Shown: positions 36,601-48,712 of the stretch, piece by piece
How positions within the stretch are numbered: position 1 is the stretch's first letter
Layout of the letters: each line of letters starts with the position of its first letter
Source of the DNA: Macrostomum lignano
Lineage: Eukaryota
DNA: 64,000 bases
Assembly (NCBI GenBank): GCA_002269645.1
Contig: NIVC01002468.1
Location: 1-64,000, forward strand
Direction of reading: 5' to 3'
Position numbers and translations under genes: made by a program
The notes under the pieces: model-generated
Database searches by the model: none
What the model was told of the DNA's origin: nothing
What the model saw: only the letters and a program-made list of their open reading frames with translations

Positions 36601-39600
36601 GGCACTTCTATCGAAAAATAACTTAGTCCCTTTGTCCAAGAGGATTGGGAAACCACAGATATCATCCATCATATCCATTAATACTCAAATCCATATTGAT
36701 TGCTACTTTAACTCTAAATTAGATTATAGACTTTTCCTTGGACTTACTGAAAAGGGGTTGTAGTTTCGTGGTTAGAGCGTCGGACTCACTACTTGAAGGT
36801 CGGGGGTTCGATTCCCGAATCCCACTGGAACAATTTGTGTCCTTGAGCAAGACACTCAACTCTGCATTGCTTCAGTCCACCCAGCTGTAAAATGGGTGCC
36901 AGCATTAGCTGGGGTAATTGAGGGTTTGTGTGGCGACCCCCCCCCCAGTCTTGGACTGAACAGCCGTATGCAGTCTTCAGATCTGCCGCGCAATAGCTGC
37001 GGCTGAGCTGTCGGTTGCACATCTGCCCATTAAGGCAGGTGTAATCAGTTATTAGTATTAATATTGAACTTTCTAAAACATCCTTCTAAAAATCTAGTAC
37101 ATACCAGAATAACTAGACTGCTACTGAACCAAGCTTTCGAGGTTTTGCTTCGTTGACCCTCTGGTCCATTATAGCTTTAAGTACATGTAGATTCGGGTTA
37201 CAGCACCCACGGAGTGTTGTAAGCATACTGAAGTAGTAAGCAGAAGGTATTAAACTATTTAAATTACGGTGGTGTGATGAAGCTGCGTTCCACGGCAGTC
37301 TTGGCGTCCAACAGGCGGCCCCTGACGCCGCCCCAGGTGTGCTCGGAGCAGAACTGGTTGGCAGCGGTCCAGGTGACTCGGTTTTCCACCGGGTACCAGC
37401 AGCTGTGCATCGATGCGATCCAGCCGTCAGGACAGACTAGCAAAATGAGTATGACTTTTCAAGTAACCACGAACAGTAACATCAGAATCTTTAGCTGGAA
37501 GAAAACATAAAAAACAGAACTAACCATTAACTTTGCAGCCTTTCACGGAGTCAACGGTTATTTCTTCTGATGCATCGACGAAGTGAAACTTTATACTCAG
37601 CGGCGTCAGGAAAAACGGCATAATGAAGGTCTCGTTAGTGTAGGTGACTGGGAACTGGACAGGAGGGATTCAACTAAACGATTGTCGTATGCCCGGAGTC
37701 TTGTAATTGAATCAATTTTAGTCCGAAGAAGATCCATAAATATGTTTATCATTTTTAGTAGACCTCTATGATTTTTGAAAAATGCCTTGTTTATAATATA
37801 AAATTAATGTCTGCAAGAGATTTGGGCCACCACAGCATGGCACACGGTCTCACAACTAAGTCGATTCTGCCTGCGAGCGTATTCTGCTAACAGAAAAGCG
37901 CGCAGATTCTAGATGTACAGTTGTGTATTGACTTTCTAACCGTCAGGCATGTAAAATCTCTGTGTCTTGGTGGTCGGCCTTCGGACTTCCGACGATTAGG
38001 GTTAGGTAGGGTTTAGGTTAGGTCTTTAGGTTATGGATAGGGTCTGCTGTCAAATTGCGGCAGATAACTGTCGTAGACCCTGATTGAACAGAACTCCAAC
38101 TTATGCCCCTCCTTTTGCGCATGGCGTTACGAGTATTACTTTGCCGGCTATGAAAGCTTTTAAAAGTTGACAGCTTCCATAAACTTCAGCTCACCGTCCA
38201 TAAGCTGTCATTCCAGGCGTGCGTCAGATTAACAAAGTCTTCGCCAGCAACCAGCTGGTAGGACAGCCAAAATCTGCTGTTTGCTGGCAGGCTGCCCATT
38301 GTGAAAGCGGTTACATAGTGGAGTCGAGTAAAGTTCAGCTGCACCAGAATCTCCGAGCCGCTACTCAGGGGCGCTGTTATCGAGTAGTCCGAGCTGTCGA
38401 TCAGCGGACAAGCTGAGGGACAGTGCACGTTATTCACTTTATGGAACAATATCGAAGTTTTTCATGAATAATAAAATGAATATGCACGATTTGAAATTAT
38501 TCAAGCAATAGTTTTACTCTTGAAGTAACTAAATATTTGCAGGAGGGCTGCTGCCGGCACCTCTGGCGCAACGCCCTCTCGGCGACAGCGTCCCACAGCC
38601 GGCGCTGAGACAATTCTGCTCATTCCGCCGACTTCTGAGCACACGCAAGTGCGTCATACACACGCTCACACGGGGTGTACAGCACGGCCCTTTTAATTTC
38701 TAATCGTCAGGCATGTGCACTCTCTGTGCCTTAAGGGCTGGCCCTAATGGAAAGTGAATCACACGACAACGCCTGGACCAATTTTTCGTGGAATCGAACC
38801 AGGAGTCGTAGAGCAAAAATCAGGCAGGTTTACCACTAAGCCCTCTACTTATGTAATCTTAGCATGCTACTACGCTCATAATAGTAGTCATTCACAATGG
38901 GATGCTAAATTCTGTGTAATTTTAAAATTCAAGCTGCATTTGTACTGTATGTCAAAGGCATGTCTTCAGTGGAAAAAGGCAATGAATATTAGAAAAGAAT
39001 ATAATAGAATAGAATAGAATAGAATATAATAGAATAGAATAGAATAGAATATAATAGAATAGAATAGAATAGAATAGAATAGAATAGAATAGAATAGAAT
39101 AGAATAGAATAGAATAGAATAGAATAGAATAGAATAGAATAGAATAGAATAGAATAGAATAGAATAGAATAGAATAGAATAGAATAGAATAGAATAGAAT
39201 AGAATAGAATAGAATAGAATAGAATAGAATAGAATAGAATAGAATAGAATAGAATAGAATAGAATAGAATATAATAGAATAGAATAGAATAGAATGGAAT
39301 AGAATAGAATAGAATAGAATAGAATAGAATAGAATAGAATAGAATAGAATAGAATAAAATGGAATAGAATAGAATAGAATGGAATAGAATAGAATAGAAA
39401 TTCAGACGTACCGTTTGGACTAGGATAGCCGGCCACGTCAAGCTGAAGAAGGCACCGACTTGACCAGCCTCTTGGCTCAAAATAAACCAATTGAGTTTCA
39501 ATCGGGCCATTGAGCGGCACGAGACACGGATAATTCTTGGCATCTGGGCACGATACGTAGTACAGGATCTGAGGGATGCGATGTCAAGAAATATATCAAT

Positions 39601-41217
39601 TATTGTTTCTAACGCTTTAGTCCTAGTATAGTAATATAAAAGTATGTATTATGAGTTCTAATAACATTAATTTGCTATAGGACAAACTCCTAAATAATTG
39701 TCATTTTGACTAAGGGTCAAAAGTCCAAGTTCCTAGTCAGTAAATACGAACTCATGGATAAATTAATCGCAACTCAGGTGAGATTTAAGCGTTACATGAG
39801 GGGTTTTATTCTTGCTTGGGGTCTTTGACCACTTTAACCTTCATTAGAAGGGATGGGGCAGGCTTCCCCTTTAGCCCATATTCCGCAGTCTCTGTCCGGA
39901 TTAGGAGAGCGTAAAATATTTTCCTTAGCAACTGGTAAACAAAACTTTATTTGTTTGGGAAGCTTGTTAAACGCTACTAATGCATTGGTAAAACTATCCA
40001 TCAATTTGATAATCTAGCCATCCATCACTCATATGACTTCACTGAAGCACATGCTTTTCCCCACTACTCCAATTCATTGAAAAACATCTTTGTAATTGTT
40101 GTATTAACGTCGAATTGCTCCAGAAGTGCTCTTCAATGCTGTTTGTCATCCAGGCTGTCATCTCAAACGGCAGTTCTTTATTTGCAAGCTTGCGTTTATG
40201 GTTTCATTTAAAAAAATTATTCTATAAAGAGTTACTTAAGTATTCTGAATGATCGATAATGATTGACGCATTAAACAAGCTAACGCCAACGGTGAAATCG
40301 GTCGGGTTGCTATTCTAGTTAGTTAGCAGAATGACTTTCGAGGTGGCTTTCTCGGAGGTGGATTTCGAGTGAAATCATCCCAGGAGAATTTTACAAAGCC
40401 TGAAAGCCTTCTACTCGCTTAATCTGCCTAATAGGCTTTACAGAGTTGATTTTAATGTGCTCGTAAGGGGATATCCGCTTCAGACATTCTAGAACCGCTG
40501 AGACATCCTCGAGACATGCTAGAACCCTCGAAATATTTTAGAACCGCCGAGGCATCTTAAAAACACCTATATCACCGCTAACACTATCAACTAAACTATA
40601 GTTGCAATAGTGTTAGCGGACACCATGAAAGTGCTAAGGCACTTACAAACCAACAATGGTCAAAATACAGAGGATTGGATGTTAGGCTAAGACTGCATGC
40701 CAACCTCAGACTGTTTTCTGATACCGATAAAAGACAAGCAAGAAAACTCTCTGTGAATTTTAATTCCATGTAGTCTAGAGCCCTAAACTTAAGAGGTCCC
40801 ATTTTCAGCTCATTAATCGTTTAAGGGTCCTGTAGTAACAGGTGAGTTGCATGTCCCGACACTTAGAATTAGGCTTTTTGGGTTTGAGCAATCTGCCTGA
40901 GTCACCTTGTTATTGAAGGTGTCAGCCGAGTACAAGGGCGAGGAGGTCAACAGCGATTTCCTGGGCGAGTGGCCAGCGTAGAAACGGGTCACCCGGCCCG
41001 GGTTCTCCACTCTGGTGCTGTTGCCAAACACCAGAAAGCCAGTGACCGTGAAGTTCAGAGGAAAGTAGATCCGGACCCATTTATCGCCGTTCAGGTGGGC
41101 ACCCTGAGCTGTGGGTCCGCCTGGCTCGGCTCGGAAGCTGAGCGACATCAGGCCCTGATCAGTGTCGCTGCTGCCGAGAACGACCCAGGAGACGGGGAAG
41201 TAGCGGCCGAGGCCCAT
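27695..41217 (-). CDS. Block of N-terminal PKD1-like ectodomain exons: FA58C/discoidin domains, C-type lectin domains and a beta-rich domain resembling Methyltransf_FA
   Basis: FA58C: KWVRIYFPLNFTVTGF, IETQLVYFEP..LQLDVAGYP, LQLNFTRLHYVTAF-like, YVYYSTDG, ARSFRLH..WMLYGC, AKLLKIH..IKLDLVGYP. CTL: CPDGWIASMHSCWY..TWTAANQFC (37270-37440) and FHTGL..QWVWGDG..CAALD..DVTC..FICQ (36200-36400). Exon 32948-33361: LSWTQTRLNIS..VKTVGYTTLGSGS. Confidence 0.65.
30265..30630 (-). mobile_element. tRNA-derived SINE with a CORE/Meta-like central domain and a (TTTATTATCA)n tail
   Basis: The reverse complement starts GGGGTTGTAGCCTAGTG (A box)...GATTCGATTC (B box), then GTGTCCTTG...CACCCAGCTGTAAAATGGG. Homologous to 36754-37062. 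Confidence 0.8.
30786..30900 (-). repeat. Copy of an unclassified interspersed repeat (other copies ~37925-37975, ~38635-38735, ~52820-52945)
   Basis: Shared core GACTTTCTAAT(C/T)(G/A)TCAG(G/A)CATGTGCACTCTCTGTG, with upstream CTGAGCA..CAAG(C/T)GC in three copies. Confidence 0.6.
36754..37062 (+). mobile_element. tRNA-derived SINE (second copy of the family)
   Basis: GGGGTTGTAGTTTCGTGGTTAGAGCG...GGTTCGATTCCC, then GTGTCCTTGAGCAAGACACT...CCACCCAGCTGTAAAATGGGTGCCAGC; ends TAAGGCAGGTGTAA like copy 1. Confidence 0.85.
38996..39399. repeat. (AATAG)n pentanucleotide microsatellite, about 80 units
   Basis: Directly visible; it produces the spurious (FYSIL)n ORFs. Confidence 0.99.
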
Positions 41218-41312
41218 CGGAGACCGGCTGAGCTGGTCGAGCTGGGCGGCACCTGCCGATGCAGGGAAAGAATTTTGGGGACATTGTTTCGCAACCAGCG
41301 GAGCAAAAAATC

Positions 41313-42126
41313 GTTTCTTATCTACAAATCTACATAAGTTTCTTATCTACAAATCTACATAAGTTTCTTATCTACAAATCTACATAAGTTTCTTATCTAC
41401 AAATCTACATAAATTTCGTATCTACAAATCTACATAAGTTTCTTATCTACAAATCTACATAAATTTCGTATCTACAAATCTACATAAGTTTCTTATCTAC
41501 AAATCTACATAAGTTTCTTATCTACAAGTCTACATAAGTTTCTTATCTACAAATCTACATAAGTTTCTTATCTACAAATCTACATAAATTTCGTATCTAC
41601 AAATCTACATAAGTTTCTTATCTACAAATCTACATAAATTTCGTATCTACAAATCTACATAAGTTTCTTATCTACAAATCTACATAAGTTTCTTATCTAC
41701 AAGTCTACATAAGTTTCTTATCTACAAATCTACATAAATTTCGTATCTACAAATCTACATAAGTTTCTTATCTACAAATCTACATAAGTTTCTTATCTAC
41801 AAATCTACATAAGTTTCTTATCTACAAATCTACATAAATTTCGTATCTAAAAATCTACATAAGTTTCTTATCTACAAATCTACATAAGTTTCTTATCTAC
41901 AAATCTACATAAGTTTCTTATCTACAAGTCTACATAAGTTTCTTATCTACAAATCTACATAAGTTTCTTATCTACAAATCTACATAAATTTCGTATCTAC
42001 AAATCTACATAAGTTTCTTATCTACAAATCTACATAAGTTTCTTATCTACAAATCTACATAAGTTTCTTATCTACAAATATACATAAGTTTCTTATCTAC
42101 AAATCTACATAAGTTTCTTATCTACA
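41313..42126. repeat. Minisatellite in intron 1, 25-bp unit (GTTTCTTATCTACAAATCTACATAA), about 32 copies
   Basis: Head-to-tail repeats with a recurrent variant ATTTCGTATCTAC. Confidence 0.97.
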
Positions 42127-42177
42127 TATGACGAAATAAAAGCATGTCCAACTAAAATAGTTGTCTACGGCTCTTAC

Positions 42178-42265
42178 CAATCTGCACTTCAGCATCTGCG
42201 GCCCAGACTGCTGCCCCTGCAGAGCTGCAGCAGGTGATGATTATTCTAAAAAGGAGTCTCAGCAT
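42178..42265 (-). CDS. Putative first coding exon (signal peptide) of the PKD1-like gene
   Basis: ATG at 42265: MLRLLFRIIITCCSSAGAAVWAADAEVQI-G, ending at a GTAAG donor. Confidence 0.7.
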
Positions 42266-42995
42266 TGGTGTCTTCAGTGTGAAATTTGTAATTCTCAGTT
42301 AAGATGTTGCGCGTTGGTTCTCTAATAAGCGTCGGGTTTTATAGTTAAGAACCTGGCTAAGTCTTAAGGATGGAACGCATCGCTTTTTTCTATTTTAACA
42401 GCAGGATGTTGAAAAATGACAGCTGCAAAAGCGTCTTTTTTCTAATGCTAAAAGAGTCGATTCCAAGTTAACTCAAGCATCAGTTCTTGAGTTGAAGAAG
42501 CTACCGCGGGAATACTCTGGGCTGCCAGAAGGGTGTTTGTGTTCTACAATACTGTGAAACTGTGTAAAAATTGCCTCAAAGACAATTTAAGTCGATTGGC
42601 AGACATGGGTAAGAGTTCTTCTCTCCAAGGCTAACAACTGAAGTAGCTAAATAGTAAAGAGGAAGGTAGCTACCTAGAGAAAAGTAAGCCTAATAGGGAG
42701 GGGTGGAATGAGAAGAAGAGTCAGGGGCGAAACGTTTCATCGGTTGACAGCCGCCATCACTTCTTCATCTAATGAGCAATAAAATCCCACGGCTGTTGTA
42801 CAAAGCAAGAACCGCTAAATTGCGCCAAAAACCATATTTCCTGGAAAAATGGCAGGCCTGTTTTCGGTAAAAGATACAAAGCTCTTCTTGCTTTGAACGG
42901 TGATACACCGTTCATGTTTTTTAAATAAAAATTTCATTTTGAGCTTTAAGTCTCGAAGATACATGATTGATATAATATTGTATTTTGCGCCAGCC

Positions 42996-43155
42996 CCAGG
43001 GGCTTTAGCACCAGGGGGCTTTAGCACCAGGGGCTTTAGCACCAGGGGGCTTTAGCACCAGGGGCTTTAGCACCAGGGGCTTTAGCACCAGGGGCTTTAG
43101 CACCAGGGGCTTTAGCACCAGGGGCTTTAGCACCAGGGGCTTTAGCACCAGGGGC
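42996..43155. repeat. 15-16 bp tandem repeat (GGGGCTTTAGCACCA), about 10 copies
   Basis: Directly visible in the intergenic region between the divergent genes. Confidence 0.95.
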
Positions 43156-43654
43156 GCCAGTACTAGCTTTTGTTACAGTCGATTGACATAAAATTTTGAA
43201 CATGTTTACTCGCAGTTGAAGTTACTTAAATGCAATGAAGTGTTACATGTACGTGAAACTGTAGTAAAGCAAGTCTACTCACGTAGCTGTTATCAATTTA
43301 TTCAATTTACTCTGAGTTCTCGCATGTTCGTCTGTTTTCCTTAACCAAGTCGCGAGCCTGATAATTGTCAGCTTGGCAAAGCTAATGGCCAATTGTTTGC
43401 GCAGGATAATGCCGGACAAATAAATTGCAGTTTAAACAGACTGACACGACAATCGCGCTTTCTAACTGTGTGTCGGAAGATGCAGTTGATGAAGACCGCT
43501 GATGGGCAAAAATTTCATTAGCAATTGTATATGCAGTCTATCGATCGCAAACACTAGAAATAAGCAAAGATATAATTTCATTTTGGATATAACTGTAGAT
43601 AAGCGTGTCCAGAGCTCTGAACCGTTTTGATCAGTGCAGAGAAAGCTTAGCGCC

Positions 43655-44950
43655 ATGGCTCCACTACGAAATTTGTCAGCCGTTCTTACTTTTCTTGCTG
43701 TCTGTTTCTTCTGCAACAGCTATGGTTGGGTGGACCACCAGGCTAACGTGATACAGCACTTGAAAAACAACATCACCAATTACAGTCCCCTGCTCCCGCC
43801 CAAGGTGGAGCCGAATGCTAAAATTGCTGTCAGGATGGACCCTCTGCTGACCCACATAACTGCGGTTGACACGGTGAAGCAGACGATACGAGTGAGCGCA
43901 TTGCTTCAGGCAAAATGGGAAGAGGAGCGGCTGGTTTGGAATTCGAGCAAATTCGGTGGTGTTACCGTTATTAATTGGAAAGTTGATGAAATCTGGAGCC
44001 CTTTTATTTTGATGTACAACGGTGTAGGACAGGATCAGGTGCCGCAATCAAAAACGCCAGTTTTCCTAACGTCGCAATCACCCAACTTAACCCAAGTCAC
44101 GGCTCCATGGCGTCGCGAGTTCGAATTCACTTGCAAGTTTGACGTAAGCCAGTTTCCCGTGGACATGCACGACTGCTCTATATAATTCTGCTTCATCGAT
44201 CCTGAACGGCACAACTCTGTGGTACAACCTGAGGTCAACAAGCTGTTTCCGTATAACCCGCTAGTTCTCTACCAAAAGAGCAGCGAATGGACACTTCTGA
44301 ACTTCTCCACGTCTGCAGAGTTCAAGGAGTACGCTCTAATTCAAGGTCCGAGAAAGGCGCAGCTTCCAACGTACGAATTAAAGCTTCAGATCTGTCGAGT
44401 ATCAAATTATTACTTCGTGAACATCATTGCACCGCTCATTCTGTTGTCTGTTCTTCAAGTGCTGGTGTACTTTGTGCCACTGGAGTCCGGTGAGAAGCTG
44501 GGATTCGGCATCACAATCATGCTCAGCTACACTGTTTTCCTGCTGCTCCTCGATGGCATTTTACCGAAGCTGCCATTTGTAGCGTATTTCATCACGTCTG
44601 CAATGATTCTGTCCACAGGATCTCTCCTACTGACTTCTTTGACAATGCGACTTCACTTCACGCCTGCAGATGATGGAATGCCAACCTGCCTTAGAGTCGT
44701 TCTCGTCCGGTTTCTAGGCCGTCTGCTGTGCGCGAAAGGTAGCGATGCCACGGTTCGGACGGAAAATAGCGACAATAGCCGGACCAACGTTAGAAAAGTG
44801 GATGGAGACGCCGACCGGATTCAATCGGATTGGACGGTGGCAACAAAATCTGTCGAGCGGCTGATGGTAGCGCTGGGCGTTGAAGCCACAGCCGCCTTCC
44901 TGGGCAGGCTCATCATCAGGCCCTACTGGGGTTCGCCGCACAAATGCTGA
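43655..44950 (+). pseudogene. Intronless nAChR-like Cys-loop channel subunit, copy 1, with a premature TAA
   Basis: Signal peptide, Cys loop CKFDVSQFPVDMHDC and M1-M4 with GEKLGFGITIMLSYTVF. In-frame TAA at 44183-44185 where paralogs have E; both halves are in the same frame. Confidence 0.9.
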
Positions 44951-46186
44951 CTTGGCTTCACAATTGGCAGCTAACAGTTTCACTGAGACTAAAATCTTCC
45001 TTTATTTTTTAAGGAATAGGCGCGAGAAAATGCGCATCACGCATCAATATTTTAAATGTTTAAATAAATAAATATTTTCGTCTAATCAAACACTACTACT
45101 ACCAGCTATACATTTTCTGTCCAGATGTACTTCTTGTCGCTGGATAATCTTAAATTTAACGATAACTTCACCAAAAAATGCGTCGTTAGCAAAACTTTTC
45201 CATCCGTTTTTAGCTACTTAGAGTAGTTTCGAACTTTTTATGAAACGAGAAACTTCAGTGAGTGAACTAAGAAAAGTTTGGTTGTTATGTAGCCAGAAAC
45301 TTCGTTGCCAGACATTTCGGTGCCAGAGCAAGTGAGAAAGGAGAGTTTCAGAGAAGTGTATTATTATTAATTATATATGTATAATTAATATAATTAGTTT
45401 ATTTAGTTAAATATATTTTTGATGGAGCGAAGGTTTTTTATTTTTTCAGAACCACTCGTAAAAGTCTACTTTTCAAACTAGAAGTGGGAGCGAGTGAAGA
45501 TTCATAGAAACTTGTTTTGTAGAAACTTCGACAAAATATTAAAAGCAGTATTACAAAAAATTGCAAACTATTTAATTTATTATGCAGTTATTGTCTAATT
45601 GCTAATCCACATTAATTCCACTCATTAAACAAATAGCATCAGTAAATTCAATGAGTAAATTAACCGCAGGCACTAACACTCCAGTACACAGTAAAACCAG
45701 GCACCGAATATCCGGTATTCGTTACTAATATGCGCTTATTTGGCTTGGCTCGTCCGTCTAACTTTCATTCGTACCCACTCATTGTTGCGATAGCAAAGCA
45801 ATTAACAATAGAAATGAAAGGCACTAAAAGTGCCACTTAAATTGGTTTGAACGTTATATGGAAAGCTTTCAATCATGACTTTCATTTTATTTTTAGCAGA
45901 ATTAATAATTAAAGCAGCTCTACTATATACTGCGCGCGCCCGTTTGCTTGCTTCTCCTAATCTGATCAATCAATCAACTTGCACAGTTTTCACCACTCAG
46001 GTAAGCGTTGTGTTAGGAGCACCTCTCAAATATGCATACTGTATGCGTGTGGCTCGCGTCAGAAGCCACACAGCAAGCCAATCATGAAACAAATCCATTG
46101 TTTGGACAAACTCCATATTTATAACCAAAGTTGATTGAATTTCTCTTGAGAACCGAGGCATACCAAAGCAGAGCTAGCTGATAAAC

Positions 46187-47491
46187 ATGACGCCGGCTCT
46201 ATTTGTGACTGTCGTCACACTATTGCTGACAGCGGCTGGTGTCCAGGGACAGCAGGACTTCGAGGGTGAACTTGACACGTATTTAAAGAACAACATCAGC
46301 TATTTCAGCCCGAATCTGTTACCAAGAATTAACAAGGACAAGGTGATCCAAATCGTGATGGACTCGCTTCTGTCTCAGATTGTGTCTGTGGACACGGCAA
46401 AGCAGAGCATAAAAATATCAGCATTCATTCAGGCTGTGTGGGAGGAGGAGCGACTGGTTTGGGATCCGAAAAAGTTTGGCGGCGTGAAAGTGATTAACCG
46501 GGACGCGTCAGAGGTCTGGTTTCCTGTTATCATGGTGTATAATGGCATTGGAGACGGACAGGTTCTCGCGCCGCAGATGCCGGTAGATCTTTTGTCGACA
46601 ACAGTGAACAGTACGCAAGTTACTGCAATGTGGCGTCGCGAGTTCGAATTCGCCTGCCAATTTGACGTGTCAAAATTCCCTTGGGATCAGCACGACTGCG
46701 AGTTGGAGTTCTTCTTCAGCGACCAGGGGCACGGAAATTCGATGGTAATTCCAATAGCGAAGACCAATCACCCATTCAATATAAAGGCGCTATACACAGA
46801 GAGCAGCGAGTGGACATTGGTGAATGCATCCTCAAAAGCTGAATATAGGGCTTACAATTTGATTCGCGGAGTAGCTGCGAAGCAAATGCTCCCATCTTAT
46901 ATCATCAGGGTGCAGTTTAAAAGAGTTTCAACGTACTATTTGATAAGCGTAATCACTCCGCTGTTGCTGTTGACTCTGCTTCAAGTGCTGGTGTACTTTG
47001 TACCACTCGAATCCGGCGAGAAACTGGGATTCGGCATCACAATCATGCTCAGTTATACCGTGTTCCTGCTGCTTCTGGACGGCATCCTGCCGAAGTCGCA
47101 GTCAACACCAGCTATTGCATCGTTCATCACGTCTGCCATGATCCTGTCAACGGTGTCACTGCTGTTAACTTCGCTAATCATGCGATTTCACTACGCTCCG
47201 GAGGGCACCAAGATGCCCGCATGCGCCCGAGGCTTCTTTGTCCGATTCCTTGGACGCGTGTTCTGCGTGAACGGCTCGTCCAGTGCGCAGGACAGTGAGA
47301 CTCCGACTGCTTACGCAGCGGCAAGCGAGTCCAGTGTGCGCAAGATGGCCGACTCAGCTCCCGTGGCGAAGTCGGAATGGATTGTGGCTTCCTACGCGAT
47401 TGAGAGGCTGATGGTGGCTCTGGGAGTTTTCGCCACAGCTGCAATCATCGGAGTGTTTGTTTTGAAACCCATGATTCAAAATCAAGACTAA
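46187..47491 (+). CDS. Intronless nAChR-like Cys-loop ligand-gated ion channel subunit, copy 2 (434 aa, intact)
   Basis: Signal peptide, WEEERLVW, WFPVIMVYN, Cys loop CQFDVSKFPWDQHDC, PLESGEKLGFGITIMLSYTVF, short M3-M4 loop and M4; no vicinal CC. Confidence 0.95.
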   Translation: MTPALFVTVVTLLLTAAGVQGQQDFEGELDTYLKNNISYFSPNLLPRINKDKVIQIVMDSLLSQIVSVDTAKQSIKISAFIQAVWEEERLVWDPKKFGGVKVINRDASEVWFPVIMVYNGIGDGQVLAPQMPVDLLSTTVNSTQVTAMWRREFEFACQFDVSKFPWDQHDCELEFFFSDQGHGNSMVIPIAKTNHPFNIKALYTESSEWTLVNASSKAEYRAYNLIRGVAAKQMLPSYIIRVQFKRVSTYYLISVITPLLLLTLLQVLVYFVPLESGEKLGFGITIMLSYTVFLLLLDGILPKSQSTPAIASFITSAMILSTVSLLLTSLIMRFHYAPEGTKMPACARGFFVRFLGRVFCVNGSSSAQDSETPTAYAAASESSVRKMADSAPVAKSEWIVASYAIERLMVALGVFATAAIIGVFVLKPMIQNQD

Positions 47492-48712
47492 GCTGTTTAC
47501 GAGCGTAAGAGGAATCTACGAGCTATCAACGCGCAGTGAATTTAAGACTGTTTGTTTAAATAATCTTGCTCGAAATTTAACCCACTGATAACTCAGAGTG
47601 AGCCTTATTTTTGAAAATTATCGTTTTAATTTTTTCACACATTTGAGGAGGTGAAAATCAGTCGATAATTGGAGTTTACTGGTCTTCAACTTGTACCCTC
47701 GCTGTCACGCCCAAGAAATGTTTATAATCTCAGCTGCACACAATTATGCTCTATCTAAATTAACTCTCTTGGACATTATCCTTTCGCTAAATATAAATTT
47801 TTTCTCAACGCTATCTTCATAAAATTTTCTGTCGTAGCTAAATCTTTGAAATAATACATTCGATATTTTACGAATATATCAGATTTATGTGACGCTTCTA
47901 ATTTTGACCTTGTGACGCTGCCATCTAAGAACTCTGACAGCGCATTTTGTTTTTGTTTTAACTTCTTAGGGGGACAGTGGGGGTACACCTAATTCGTCAA
48001 TTATTTTACCTTAGTTGTCCAGGGACAAAGACATTCGAGTCCTTGCTCGCTAGATTACAAAATATTGTAAATGGGAAGTATTATACTAGCTCCACTCCTA
48101 TTGCTTTATGTAAAGGATATACGAGGGTAATGGTGTGTGTTGTGTTAATGTGTGTTTAATCTTGAAGAAATATCTAATTTAGATGAAGAAAAAAAAACTG
48201 AGTCTGTATTTTACCCTACAGAACCAAAAAACCCTGGGGAACAGCACCACTTCAGTCCAATTACAAGCTTATAACCATAGACATAGAACTAAAGCTTCAT
48301 ATAAAACATAGATATAATCCATAGAAATAAAGACTTTCCGTGACAATATTTGCGTTCTCCGGGATTTTATTTGGTAATATTCAATAATATCCCGTAAAGT
48401 CTTTATGTCTATGGTTTATACGAGATTACACATGCCTTTTTCGGGAGTTATTTTCATAAATCCCTCGGGCCTCAGGCCCTCGTGATTTATACAAATAACT
48501 CCCTCAAAAGGCATGTTTAATCTGATACATAACGATTTACATTACTTCCATTCCGGGATTTTATTAGGTTATATTCAATACGCTCGTATTATCCTGGAAA
48601 ATCCTTATGTCTATGCTCTGTTTAGAGGATTAAACATGCATTTTGAGGGGAGCTGCAATATTGTAAAAAGCCTGACGGCCAAATGATAAATCAAATTTAG
48701 TATAGAAGTTTC

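Larger units (their letters stand above)
57..42265 (-). pseudogene. Giant multi-exon polycystin-1 (PKD1/PKD1L/REJ family)-like gene with a lectin/discoidin-rich ectodomain. It is disrupted as given and its 3' end runs off the window start.
   Basis: Colinear minus-strand exons with GT-AG boundaries run from a signal-peptide exon (42178-42265) through FA58C/CTL/FTP/FReD/PKD/REJ/GAIN-GPS/TM1/PLAT to PKD1-type TM motifs (HLWMSVF..NFSRLQR..MISNAMFYG; LPYW..YAMQWGQEKSQQWL.SF..S..VQPLK). Lesions: TGA 5659-5661, TAG 3886-3888, and -1 frameshifts near 3686 and 1044. Joining all exons into one gene is an inference. Confidence 0.7.

Noticed and set aside
36754-36830. tRNA gene candidate (also 30560-30630)
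   Set aside because: A/B boxes are present, but the sequence continues into a SINE body and tail and has no clean cloverleaf; it is a SINE head.
37995-38045. Telomere-like TTAGG(G) repeats
   Set aside because: Only a few degenerate units, typical of the ends of small repeats; not an interstitial telomere array.
38966-39543. 184-aa ORFs of (FYSIL)n
   Set aside because: Translation artefact of the (AATAG)n microsatellite; only the first ~30 codons overlap a real discoidin exon.
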